The notes under the pieces were generated by a model that saw only the letters and a program-made list of their open reading frames with translations, was not told where the DNA came from and did not search any database. This document shows positions 19,262 to 29,039 of a stretch of 64,000 nt of DNA, piece by piece. The stretch is from NCBI GenBank assembly GCA_910584655.1, contig CAJUBJ010000005.1, positions 16,229-80,228 of the forward strand. Direction: 5' to 3'. Source of the DNA: an uncultured Bacilli bacterium (GTDB lineage: Bacteria > Bacillota_I > Bacilli_A > RF39 > UBA660). Position 1 is the first letter of the stretch. The number at the start of each line of letters is the position of its first letter. The translations under genes were made by a program, and so were the position numbers.

Positions 19262-21764
19262 AATGAAAAATATTAAAATAAGAGACTTTATTTACTTAGG
19301 AATAATAACAATTGCTTTCATCGGCTTAGTACTTTTTCTAACAAATGGAATGTATCTTTATGGTTCAACTCTTGATTGGTATGCACAACATATTTCAATC
19401 CCAGAGTACTTTAGAACTTTATTTTATGATACTAAGGATTTATTTCCTGATTTTGCTGCTAATATTGGAGCAGGTCAAAACATATACAATTTTTCTTATT
19501 ATGGCTTTTTAAGCCCAATAGTTCTAATATCATACTTACTACCTAAAGTATCTATGACTACATATATGATTATATCTACTATAATAAGTGTAATAATTAG
19601 TACATATTTAATATATTTCTTTCTAAAGAAAAAAGGATATAGTAGTGAAGTATGTTTCTTATCATCACTTATATTCATAATGTCCGCCCCAATGACCCTA
19701 CATTCACATAGACATATTATGTTTATCACTTATATGCCTTTCCTAATTCTTGGTTTATTTGGTGTAGATAAAAAAATAGATAATAATAAAGGATGGCTAT
19801 TAACATTATCTACATTCTTAATGATTATGACTAATTACTATTTCAGCATTGGCGGAATACTATGTCTTTTTATCTATGCTCTACATAGATATTTACAAAA
19901 AATGAATAAAGTAACTATAAAATCGTTCTTTCAAACATTCTTCAGTATATTAGTTCCAATCTTAGTAGCTATATTATGTTCAAGTATTATTTTATTGCCA
20001 ACACTTGCGACTTTATTAAATAATCGTGCAGATTCAAATATTTCAATATCATTAAAAGAATTATTAATACCATCTATAAATAGCAAAAATTTCTTATACT
20101 ATTCATATGGCCTAGGATTATGTGCAATTATTATTCCTGCCTTAATTAATATGTATAGAAAAAATAAAGCTAATATTACTTTAGGTATCATATTAACTCT
20201 TATAGTAGTGTTTAATTTATTTAATTACATTTTAAATGGTACAATGTATATAGATGCTAAATCATTAATACCATTATTACCATTATATATATATGTTATC
20301 GCAGAGTTTTTATCAGACTTATTTAGTAAAAAATTAAACTATAAAATATTAATACCAGCTCTAATAATTATAAGTGTCTTAGTATATTTAAATAAATATA
20401 GTTATGAAAGATATTTTGGAGAAATAGCGCTTCTAATAATAACATTTATAATTTACTTAAAAATTCCTAAAAAGGCTATTATTATAGTACCTTTATCAAT
20501 TTTTATAATAGCAAATTCTTATATAATGAACACTAGTGATGAACTTGTATTAAAATATACTTCTGCAGAAAATGAAGAACTATTAAAAGATGATATAAGT
20601 TCTATAACATCATCAGATGATGGCAAATATCGTATAAGCAATGACTTAAATGTTACTGAATATCCAAATAGAATATTTGATAATATTAACTATTATAATA
20701 ATACAATCTATTCATCAATTTCTAATCAAACTTATAATAAATTGTATTATGATGTTCTAGAAAATAATATTGCAGCCAGAAATAGAGCATTAACAGTTAC
20801 TACACCAAACTTGTTATCTCTAATGCTTCATGGAGACAAATATGTTATTTCTAGAAATAAACCTTTACATGGATATGAACAGATAAGTACTAACAAAGGA
20901 TTAAATATTTATAAAAATGAAAATGTTCTTCCGCTAGGGTTTGCCACATCAAATGTAATGAGTTACGAAGACTTTGATAAACTAAGTGACCAAGTAAAAC
21001 AAGAAGCTCTACTAAATGTAATTGTAGCAGACACTGAAACAAAAAATAATTTTGTTGCTAATACTCAAAAAATAGATTTAGATTTTGTTAAAATTCTTGA
21101 ACATGAGAATATAAAAATAGAGGAAGATGGTTCATTAACTATTGATACAAAAGAAAGTATTAAAATAAGTTATGAACTTCCTGAAAAATACAAAAATAAA
21201 ATTATATTCATTAGATTTAAAATGAATCATGCTGAAAGAAATAAAGATTTAGTTATCAAAATAAATAATGTAAAAAATAAACTAACAGCATCATCATGGA
21301 AATACTATAATAACAATGAAATATTTGATTATGTATTAGCAACACAAGAACAAGATAAATTAGTTTTCAATATATCAGAAGGAAAGTTTAATATTAGCGA
21401 TTTTGAATCTTATGTTCTAGATTATGCTTCGATAGAAAAATGTTCTCAATATGTTTCTAAATTCATTATAAACAACGAAGAAACAAAAGGGGATAAAATT
21501 AAAGGAGATATTAATATTCCAGAAGATAGTTATTTTATGTTAACAATTCCTTATGATAAAGGATTTAAAATAAAAATTGATAATAAAGAAACAAACTACG
21601 AATTAGTTGATCATGGATTTATTGGCTTTAAAATTGGTGAAGGAACTCATGATATTGAAATAGAGTATCAAGCACCAATGAAAAAAGATTCTTTATTAAT
21701 ATCATCATTTGGTTTAATTATGTTTATTATTATAACAATACTTGAATCTAAAAGAAAAATATAA
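19254..21764 (+). CDS. YfhO-family polytopic membrane glycosyltransferase-like protein
   Basis: ~835 aa with more than 12 N-terminal TM helices (..YGSTLDWYAQHISIPEYFR.. is a typical YfhO start), a large extracytoplasmic C-domain and a terminal TM. The start (19254 or 19263) overlaps the PIG-L stop. Confidence 0.8.
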   Translation: MTRMKNIKIRDFIYLGIITIAFIGLVLFLTNGMYLYGSTLDWYAQHISIPEYFRTLFYDTKDLFPDFAANIGAGQNIYNFSYYGFLSPIVLISYLLPKVSMTTYMIISTIISVIISTYLIYFFLKKKGYSSEVCFLSSLIFIMSAPMTLHSHRHIMFITYMPFLILGLFGVDKKIDNNKGWLLTLSTFLMIMTNYYFSIGGILCLFIYALHRYLQKMNKVTIKSFFQTFFSILVPILVAILCSSIILLPTLATLLNNRADSNISISLKELLIPSINSKNFLYYSYGLGLCAIIIPALINMYRKNKANITLGIILTLIVVFNLFNYILNGTMYIDAKSLIPLLPLYIYVIAEFLSDLFSKKLNYKILIPALIIISVLVYLNKYSYERYFGEIALLIITFIIYLKIPKKAIIIVPLSIFIIANSYIMNTSDELVLKYTSAENEELLKDDISSITSSDDGKYRISNDLNVTEYPNRIFDNINYYNNTIYSSISNQTYNKLYYDVLENNIAARNRALTVTTPNLLSLMLHGDKYVISRNKPLHGYEQISTNKGLNIYKNENVLPLGFATSNVMSYEDFDKLSDQVKQEALLNVIVADTETKNNFVANTQKIDLDFVKILEHENIKIEEDGSLTIDTKESIKISYELPEKYKNKIIFIRFKMNHAERNKDLVIKINNVKNKLTASSWKYYNNNEIFDYVLATQEQDKLVFNISEGKFNISDFESYVLDYASIEKCSQYVSKFIINNEETKGDKIKGDINIPEDSYFMLTIPYDKGFKIKIDNKETNYELVDHGFIGFKIGEGTHDIEIEYQAPMKKDSLLISSFGLIMFIIITILESKRKI

Positions 21765-21786
21765 GATGTCTTGAGACATCTTTTTA
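21763..21786 (+). terminator. Rho-independent terminator
   Basis: 8-bp stem aagatgtc/gacatctt, loop ttga, T-run. Confidence 0.75.
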
Positions 21787-21881
21787 TATTATGTAAAGAA
21801 TAAGTAAAACGAACAACATTTAATATACACATATTTACACAGTATGTAATAATATAAATGAATACAAGAAATGGTGATAAT

Positions 21882-22709
21882 ATGAAAAAATATGAAATAG
21901 TTTTTGTTGATATTGATGACACTCTAAATCCATCAAATCAAAATGTTTCCCAATATACTAAAGAAGTTATGAGAAAGTTAAAGGAAAAACAAATTAAAGT
22001 AGTAGTTAATACAGGACGTAGTGCCAGATATGCTATTGAAAAAAGTCTAGAAGCTGGTTTAAGCGAGTATACGATAAGTTCTAATGGAGCAGAAGTATAC
22101 AACTATCATGAAAGAAAAGAAATATTTTCCAAGCCAATCGAAGCTAAAGATATCAAAGATATATATGAATATTGCATAACTCATAATATGACAATAATTT
22201 TAAACTCATTAGAAAAAAGATTTATAAACATTAAGGATTACAAATATAACAACGAACCAGCAATTTATTTTGAAAGTATAGATGAAATTATTGAAAATAA
22301 CAAAATAAATCAATTAGTTATATTAAGTTCTAATTATGATAGAATGTTAGTCTTACCAAATCTATTTAAAGAAAAATTCCCTTCACTTAAAGTAGTACAT
22401 TCATCACTTGGTCTTATCGAAGAAAAAAGAGTAAAAAATAAAGAATATTATCACGATTTAGTGTTAGAAAATACAGCAAAAAGTAGTGGAATAGTTGAAC
22501 TTCTTGATTATTTGAACATTGATAGTGAAAAAGCAATAGCTATAGGTAATGGTTATGATGATATTTGTATGTGTGATGTCGTTGGAACTTCTGTTGCAAT
22601 GGAAAATGCTAATCAAGTATTAAAAGAAACAGCAACATATATAACTGATTCCTCAGAAAATGATGGTGTTGCTAAAATATTAGAAAAATTATGTTTAACA
22701 GATGAATAA
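21882..22709 (+). CDS. Cof-type HAD-IIB phosphatase
   Basis: Motif I FVDIDDTL, motif II VNTGR, motif IV GNGYDD. Length ~275 aa. Confidence 0.85.
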   Translation: MKKYEIVFVDIDDTLNPSNQNVSQYTKEVMRKLKEKQIKVVVNTGRSARYAIEKSLEAGLSEYTISSNGAEVYNYHERKEIFSKPIEAKDIKDIYEYCITHNMTIILNSLEKRFINIKDYKYNNEPAIYFESIDEIIENNKINQLVILSSNYDRMLVLPNLFKEKFPSLKVVHSSLGLIEEKRVKNKEYYHDLVLENTAKSSGIVELLDYLNIDSEKAIAIGNGYDDICMCDVVGTSVAMENANQVLKETATYITDSSENDGVAKILEKLCLTDE

Positions 22710-22714
22710 AAAGG

Positions 22715-23251
22715 ATGAATAATATGAAAAAGAAACAAAAAGTTGATATGGGAATTGCTTTAATTCTAATTTTAATCGGGGTAGTTCTATTAATTTTGCC
22801 GCTATTTGAAATATCAAATATAAAATGGTTAAATACTGGTATATTCGCTTTATATACAATACTTAATTCCATTCAATATCTTTTGACAAAAGAGAGTAAA
22901 GATTATGAAGGATTACATAGTGCAATAGCTTCAATAATAGTTTTAGGAGCAAATTTATTACTAAATACGCAGAATAACCCTAAAACTTTAGCAATGTTAC
23001 TATTAACATGGATAATCCTAATGTCATTAGCTAAATTAAAAAAGATGGATTATTATCATGATAAAAGAGATAGAATGTGGAAAATTAGAGCTTTTAATTT
23101 GGGATTGTTCATTTTATCTGGAGTATTAGCAAGTATTAATTTATCTTACTCTGGGGAGATACAAATAATCGTAATAGGTTTCTTTATGTTAATTCATGGA
23201 ATTCTTGAACTTTTTGATCCATTAGTAAAAACCTTAATAGCACATAGTTAA
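22715..23251 (+). CDS. Small polytopic membrane protein (DUF308/HdeD-like by topology)
   Basis: About six hydrophobic helices, no soluble domain. The start could alternatively be the ATG at 22724. Confidence 0.55.
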   Translation: MNNMKKKQKVDMGIALILILIGVVLLILPLFEISNIKWLNTGIFALYTILNSIQYLLTKESKDYEGLHSAIASIIVLGANLLLNTQNNPKTLAMLLLTWIILMSLAKLKKMDYYHDKRDRMWKIRAFNLGLFILSGVLASINLSYSGEIQIIVIGFFMLIHGILELFDPLVKTLIAHS

Positions 23252-23300
23252 TGTGCTTTTTTAAATTTTAAAATATGATATAATAACCTTGGTGATTTAA

Positions 23301-24167
23301 ATGAAATTAGTTAATGATTTTCATGAGTATCAAATACTTGATATGTCTGAAGGAATGAAATTAGAAAGTTGGAATGGTAAAGAATTACTAAGACCAGATC
23401 CTCAAATAATTTGGAATAATAAATTCTATCCTCAATATTGGGAAAAAATAGACGCAACATATCATCGCAGTAACAAAGGTGGAGGATCATGGGAAGTTAT
23501 AAATAAAAATTTACCTAATTCTTGGCAAGTACATTATAAAGATTTAACGTTTAATATAAAACTCATGGGATTTAAACATACAGGTTTATTTCCAGAACAA
23601 GCCTATAATTGGAATTTAATAAGAGAAAAAATATCTTCTGCTAACAGACCTATTAAAGTTCTAAATCTCTTTGCTTATACTGGAGCCGCTTCTTGTGCAG
23701 CATTAAGTGCTGGTGCTGAAGTAGTACATGTTGACTCATCTCGTGGTATGGTTGACTGGGCTAAAGAAAATGTTGCATCGTGTGGTTTATCAGACAAACC
23801 AATCAGATTCTTAGTTGATGATGTAGTTAAGTTTGTTAAACGTGAAATAAGAAGAGGAAATAAATATGATGTAATATTAATGGACCCTCCATCATTTGGT
23901 CGTGGTGCCAATGGTGAAGTTTGGGATATTGAACGTGATTTATATCCTTTAGTCGAGTTATGCACAGAAATTTTAAGTGAAGACCCAATTCTATTTCTAA
24001 TAAACTCATATACAACAGGCCTATCAATGACTGTTTTAGAAAATGTTTTAAATCTAACAATAGGTAAAAAATACAAAGGTAATATTTCTAGTGATGAATT
24101 AGGCATACCAATGAAAAACAATGAACTTATTTTACCTTGTGGCATTTATGCAAGATGGGAAAAGTAA
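23301..24167 (+). CDS. Class I SAM-dependent methyltransferase (COG1092/RlmI-like catalytic domain, no PUA)
   Basis: Motif I VLNLFAYTGAAS and motif IV ILMDPPSFGRG. Confidence 0.8.
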   Translation: MKLVNDFHEYQILDMSEGMKLESWNGKELLRPDPQIIWNNKFYPQYWEKIDATYHRSNKGGGSWEVINKNLPNSWQVHYKDLTFNIKLMGFKHTGLFPEQAYNWNLIREKISSANRPIKVLNLFAYTGAASCAALSAGAEVVHVDSSRGMVDWAKENVASCGLSDKPIRFLVDDVVKFVKREIRRGNKYDVILMDPPSFGRGANGEVWDIERDLYPLVELCTEILSEDPILFLINSYTTGLSMTVLENVLNLTIGKKYKGNISSDELGIPMKNNELILPCGIYARWEK

Positions 24168-24249
24168 AAAAAATATATTTTACATGAATATATTTTTTTA
24201 TTTGTTAAAAAATATAATAAATGATATTATATATATAGTAGGTGATAAT

Positions 24250-25701
24250 ATGTTAAAACCAAAAGACTTTGAATTTGCTATAGATCAAACGATTCTTGAA
24301 CATCCAGAATTTAGTAGCCAAATGGTTGGAGGATTTATAAATCAAATCAATAATGGAATTAATCCTAAAATGTATACAAGAAAAAATGGAGCTCGTCAAA
24401 TAATGTCTCAAGCAACAGAAAGCGAACTTCTAAAATATTTTTTAGAAGAAGCTATAAAAATATTTAATGCAGCATCATATTTTTACTGGAATGATAAGTA
24501 TATTCAACAATTAAATTCAACTCAAGATAAAATAAATTATTTATCACAAACATTCCCATATTTTGGTGAAATTCAAAAATTAATTACAATAATTTCAGAT
24601 CCTAAAGTAAATAGTGTTTTATATGTAAAAACGAATCAAAACGAACTTATTGCTTTATTAACCTCTGTTTTAAATACTAAAATATTTACAGATAGAGTTT
24701 ATCGTGATTACATTGATAAAAATGGCTATGTTGAATCAATTCTTCCTAATGGTAAGACAGTCAACTTATTTGATAAATTTTCAGAAGACAATAAACGTGT
24801 TGCTACTGCAAAAAACATTCAAGTTAACCATGCTTCAATAAATAAATGCTTTAGTGAATTAATGTCTGGTAATCAGTTAAAAAATCAAAGAAATGAATAT
24901 GCTTTAGATGGCACATTATATGCTACCCAAGATATTGGTAATGTAAGATCAAATCAAGAAGATAGTGTTATAATTTTAACTCATCCTGAAAATCCTGAAT
25001 TTAAATTACTTGCCATTTCTGATGGAATGGGTGGTGTAGATAAAGGAGAAAAAGCAAGTTCATATATAATTCAAAAAATAACAAACTGGTTTAAATCGCT
25101 ACCAGTTGACTCATTTTATTATGCTGACCAAGTACAACAAGCATTTAACAATGAAATAGCTTCTGCGAGTTATGATATTTATAATAGCTATAATGCTGAC
25201 TTTAATAGAATAGTAGCTGGTGCAACATTTGTAGGAGCTATTGTAACATCAGATAAAACGATAGTTTCAAGTGTTGGTGATTCTCGTGCTTACGCTACTA
25301 ATGGTAATACATTAAATTTAATTACAAGAGATGAATCAGCAGTATGGCCTCCAGGACAATATATTACAGAAGAATCACTTGACGATTTAAGATTTAATAA
25401 AAAAAATAACGTCATAACACGCTGTATAGGACAACCTCTTGATAAAGTTCAATCTACTATAATAAGAAATGATGATTACTTAAGATTAATCTTAACTAGT
25501 GATGGAGTAACTGATCTTTTAACTACAGATAGAATAAGATTTATAGCCTTAAATTCTTCTCCAGAATTACTAACAAAATATTTAGTAGAAGAAGCTATAA
25601 CTTATGACGCAGTACGTTTAAATGGTGAAACACCAGAATTTAAGGGAGCAATAAAAGCAGGAAAAGATAATGCTACTGCAGCTGCTTTTATAAGGAGGTA
25701 A
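24250..25701 (+). CDS. PP2C-family Ser/Thr phosphatase with ~235-aa unassigned N-terminal domain
   Basis: The C-terminal half carries GNVRSNQEDS, ISDGMGGVDKGEKAS, VGDSRAY, LTSDGVTD and GKDNATAAAF (PPM motifs). Start set at the ATG after TAGGTGA. No motif recognised in the N-terminal half. Confidence 0.85.
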   Translation: MLKPKDFEFAIDQTILEHPEFSSQMVGGFINQINNGINPKMYTRKNGARQIMSQATESELLKYFLEEAIKIFNAASYFYWNDKYIQQLNSTQDKINYLSQTFPYFGEIQKLITIISDPKVNSVLYVKTNQNELIALLTSVLNTKIFTDRVYRDYIDKNGYVESILPNGKTVNLFDKFSEDNKRVATAKNIQVNHASINKCFSELMSGNQLKNQRNEYALDGTLYATQDIGNVRSNQEDSVIILTHPENPEFKLLAISDGMGGVDKGEKASSYIIQKITNWFKSLPVDSFYYADQVQQAFNNEIASASYDIYNSYNADFNRIVAGATFVGAIVTSDKTIVSSVGDSRAYATNGNTLNLITRDESAVWPPGQYITEESLDDLRFNKKNNVITRCIGQPLDKVQSTIIRNDDYLRLILTSDGVTDLLTTDRIRFIALNSSPELLTKYLVEEAITYDAVRLNGETPEFKGAIKAGKDNATAAAFIRR

Positions 25702-25712
25702 TCAACTAAATT

Positions 25713-25982
25713 ATGAATAAAGAAATAATCATAAAAAATGATAATAATGAAGAAAAAAAATTCGATATTTTATTTACTTTTGAATCAGAAGAAACCAATA
25801 AAAAATATGTTACTTATACAGATTATTCCAAAGATTACAAAGGTAAAATAAGATGTTGGTCTTCTTATTTTGAAGGTGAAGAACTTCATCCTGTAAAAAC
25901 AGAAAATGAATTAAGAATAATAGATGAAATGTTACGTACATTATCAAGAAGTACAGAACTAAAATATAGTATAGAAGAATAG
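25713..25982 (+). CDS. DUF1292-like small acidic protein
   Basis: 89 aa. The pattern ..EEKKFDILFTFESEETNKKYVTYTD....EGEELHPV.. is typical of the DUF1292 family. Confidence 0.6.
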   Translation: MNKEIIIKNDNNEEKKFDILFTFESEETNKKYVTYTDYSKDYKGKIRCWSSYFEGEELHPVKTENELRIIDEMLRTLSRSTELKYSIEE

Positions 25983-26005
25983 GAATTACTAAATTCCTTT
26001 TTTTA
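25981..26005 (+). terminator. Rho-independent terminator
   Basis: 7-bp stem aggaatt/aattcct, 4-nt loop, T6. Confidence 0.7.
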
Positions 26006-26016
26006 TATAGTAAAAT

Positions 26017-26045
26017 TTGTCTTAAATATTTATCTTTGATAAAAT
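26017..26045 (+). promoter_or_regulatory. Candidate sigma-A promoter for the kinase-like gene pair
   Basis: TTGTCT, 17-nt spacer, TAAAAT. Followed by an AAGGGGGA RBS. Confidence 0.4.
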
Positions 26046-26069
26046 ATCCCAAATAAGGGGGATTGTTCC

Positions 26070-26819
26070 ATGATTTATTATGATAGCAAAGGTAAAATAG
26101 TTGAATTTAATGGAGTAAAAACAAACTTAGAGGGTGCCAATGGCGAAATATACAAAATTAATAGTCAGATTGCATATAAAAAATATTTTAGTTATGGTGA
26201 ATGTAAAATAAAACAAGCTATCTTTGAATTTATAAAATCAATTAATAATCCTCACATAGTAAAATTATTAGAAAGATATTATCTTGCAGAGGATGTTATA
26301 GATTATGATATTTTTATGTATTTAGTTAATTTTATTGAAAGAGATATTTCAAAATATAATAATGATCACTGTAAAATAGAATTATACACTTATGAATGGG
26401 TAGAAGAAGAATATTTTGATATTTTAGAACAAACAGTAGACTATTTATTAGATAATTTAAACGAATTATTACGTTTAGCAGACTTTTTTAGTATGAATTA
26501 TATATCGCTTTCAGACATAAAAACAGCCAATATGGTTTGTAATAAAAGTAATATTGTGTTAATTGACCCTGATATGTACTATTTTGTTGATCCCAAAAAT
26601 GGTAAATTTAATTTAGCGATAGAAAATAGAAGATATATTTTAATGGTTATGAAGACATTATGTCAAAAGTTAACTGAATATCGTAATAATTCAATATCTA
26701 ATAATATTGCAGAACTATTTGAAAGTAGTATTAAATCACCTCAATACGGAGTATCATTATTATCAAAAAAATTATCAGGCTGTAGAATACCTCTAGATTA
26801 TGTAGCAAGGACAAAATAA
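26070..26819 (+). CDS. Minimal eukaryotic-like Ser/Thr protein-kinase-like protein (paralog 1)
   Basis: Gly-loop-like EGANGEIYK, beta3 lysine IAYKKY, catalytic loop LSDIKTANMV (D-x-K-x-x-N), Mg-binding LIDPD in place of DFG. 249 aa, no TM or sensor domain. Confidence 0.6.
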   Translation: MIYYDSKGKIVEFNGVKTNLEGANGEIYKINSQIAYKKYFSYGECKIKQAIFEFIKSINNPHIVKLLERYYLAEDVIDYDIFMYLVNFIERDISKYNNDHCKIELYTYEWVEEEYFDILEQTVDYLLDNLNELLRLADFFSMNYISLSDIKTANMVCNKSNIVLIDPDMYYFVDPKNGKFNLAIENRRYILMVMKTLCQKLTEYRNNSISNNIAELFESSIKSPQYGVSLLSKKLSGCRIPLDYVARTK

Positions 26820-26821
26820 AA

Positions 26822-27562
26822 ATGGAATATTATGATAGTAAAGGCAACCTAGTTGAACTAAATAAATCCAGCACTTCATACGAAGGTAGTAATGCTATTG
26901 TTTACAAACTAGAAAATGGAATTTCTTTTAAAGAATATTTTTGTAGTGGAGATACAATAATTTCTCAATCAATGTTTGAATTTCTAAAATCCGTAAATAA
27001 TCCTAATTTTATTAATCTAATAGATAGATATTATAAATCTTTAAAAGTAAAAGATTACAAAGCGTTTTTAAAATCAATAAGTGATACAACTCCCACAGAA
27101 GATATACGTAATATTGATACTTATAAAATTGATGCATATACATATTATTGGATTGAACAAGAATCAATTGATTTTCTAGAAGAAGATAAAGAATATATTT
27201 TAGAAAATTTTAGAGCTTTATTAAATCTTGCAGATTACTTTTCTCAAAATAGAATAGGACTAGCTGATATAAAAACTGATAATGTAATTTGCAATCAAAA
27301 TAATATTGTTTTAATTGATCCTGATATGTATTATTTTATTCCTGAATTTTCCAAAACTGACATTCATAAAAAGAACCGTTTAAGAATAATTTACCTAATG
27401 TCTTCTCTTTGCTGTCGTTTAACAAGACATAAAAGCTATGAAACTACAGACAAAGTAACAGGATTATTTAAAGAAAGTTTAGAAAGACCTGAACATGCTG
27501 AAAAAATTCTTTCAAAGTCCTTAAGAAATTATAAAAAAGCAATTGATTATATCAGAAAATAA
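26822..27562 (+). CDS. Minimal eukaryotic-like Ser/Thr protein-kinase-like protein (paralog 2)
   Basis: Collinear with paralog 1 (M.YYDSKG..VE.N, EGSNAIVYK, ISFKEY, LADIKTDNVI, NNIVLIDPDMYYF). Starts 2 nt after the paralog 1 stop. Confidence 0.6.
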   Translation: MEYYDSKGNLVELNKSSTSYEGSNAIVYKLENGISFKEYFCSGDTIISQSMFEFLKSVNNPNFINLIDRYYKSLKVKDYKAFLKSISDTTPTEDIRNIDTYKIDAYTYYWIEQESIDFLEEDKEYILENFRALLNLADYFSQNRIGLADIKTDNVICNQNNIVLIDPDMYYFIPEFSKTDIHKKNRLRIIYLMSSLCCRLTRHKSYETTDKVTGLFKESLERPEHAEKILSKSLRNYKKAIDYIRK

Positions 27563-27690
27563 GTAGGAGATAAATTATCTCTTTTTATATGTAAAAAAAT
27601 TGTCCTTTTAACTCATTTTAGAGTAAAGCCATGATATAATATAAATAAGACTTGATGATAAATTCAAGTTAAGAAAAGAGGAGAATATAA

Positions 27691-28929
<1,239 letters not shown>

Positions 28930-28938
28930 TTCAATTAA

Positions 28939-28966
28939 AATACAAGAAATATCTTGTATTTTTTTA
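28939..28966 (+). terminator. Rho-independent terminator
   Basis: 9-bp stem aatacaaga/tcttgtatt, 4-nt loop, T-run. Confidence 0.8.
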
Positions 28967-29039
28967 TTGCTAATAATTTTTAGAAAAATGTTAAAACTAT
29001 ATAATGTAAAACTATTCTATAGGAAATAGGGCGATTTGT

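Noticed and set aside
23675-24145. 156-aa and 74-aa minus-strand ORFs inside the methyltransferase gene
   Set aside because: They are antisense to a gene with clear SAM-MTase motifs. There is no independent start context or recognisable domain.
28930-29039. Searched the leaders of the surface-protein loci (also 47559-47703 and 52287-52407) for c-di-GMP or other riboswitches
   Set aside because: The leaders are short (about 100-145 nt) and AT-rich. They contain only a terminator and promoter-like hexamers, with no conserved GEMM-type GC-rich helices.
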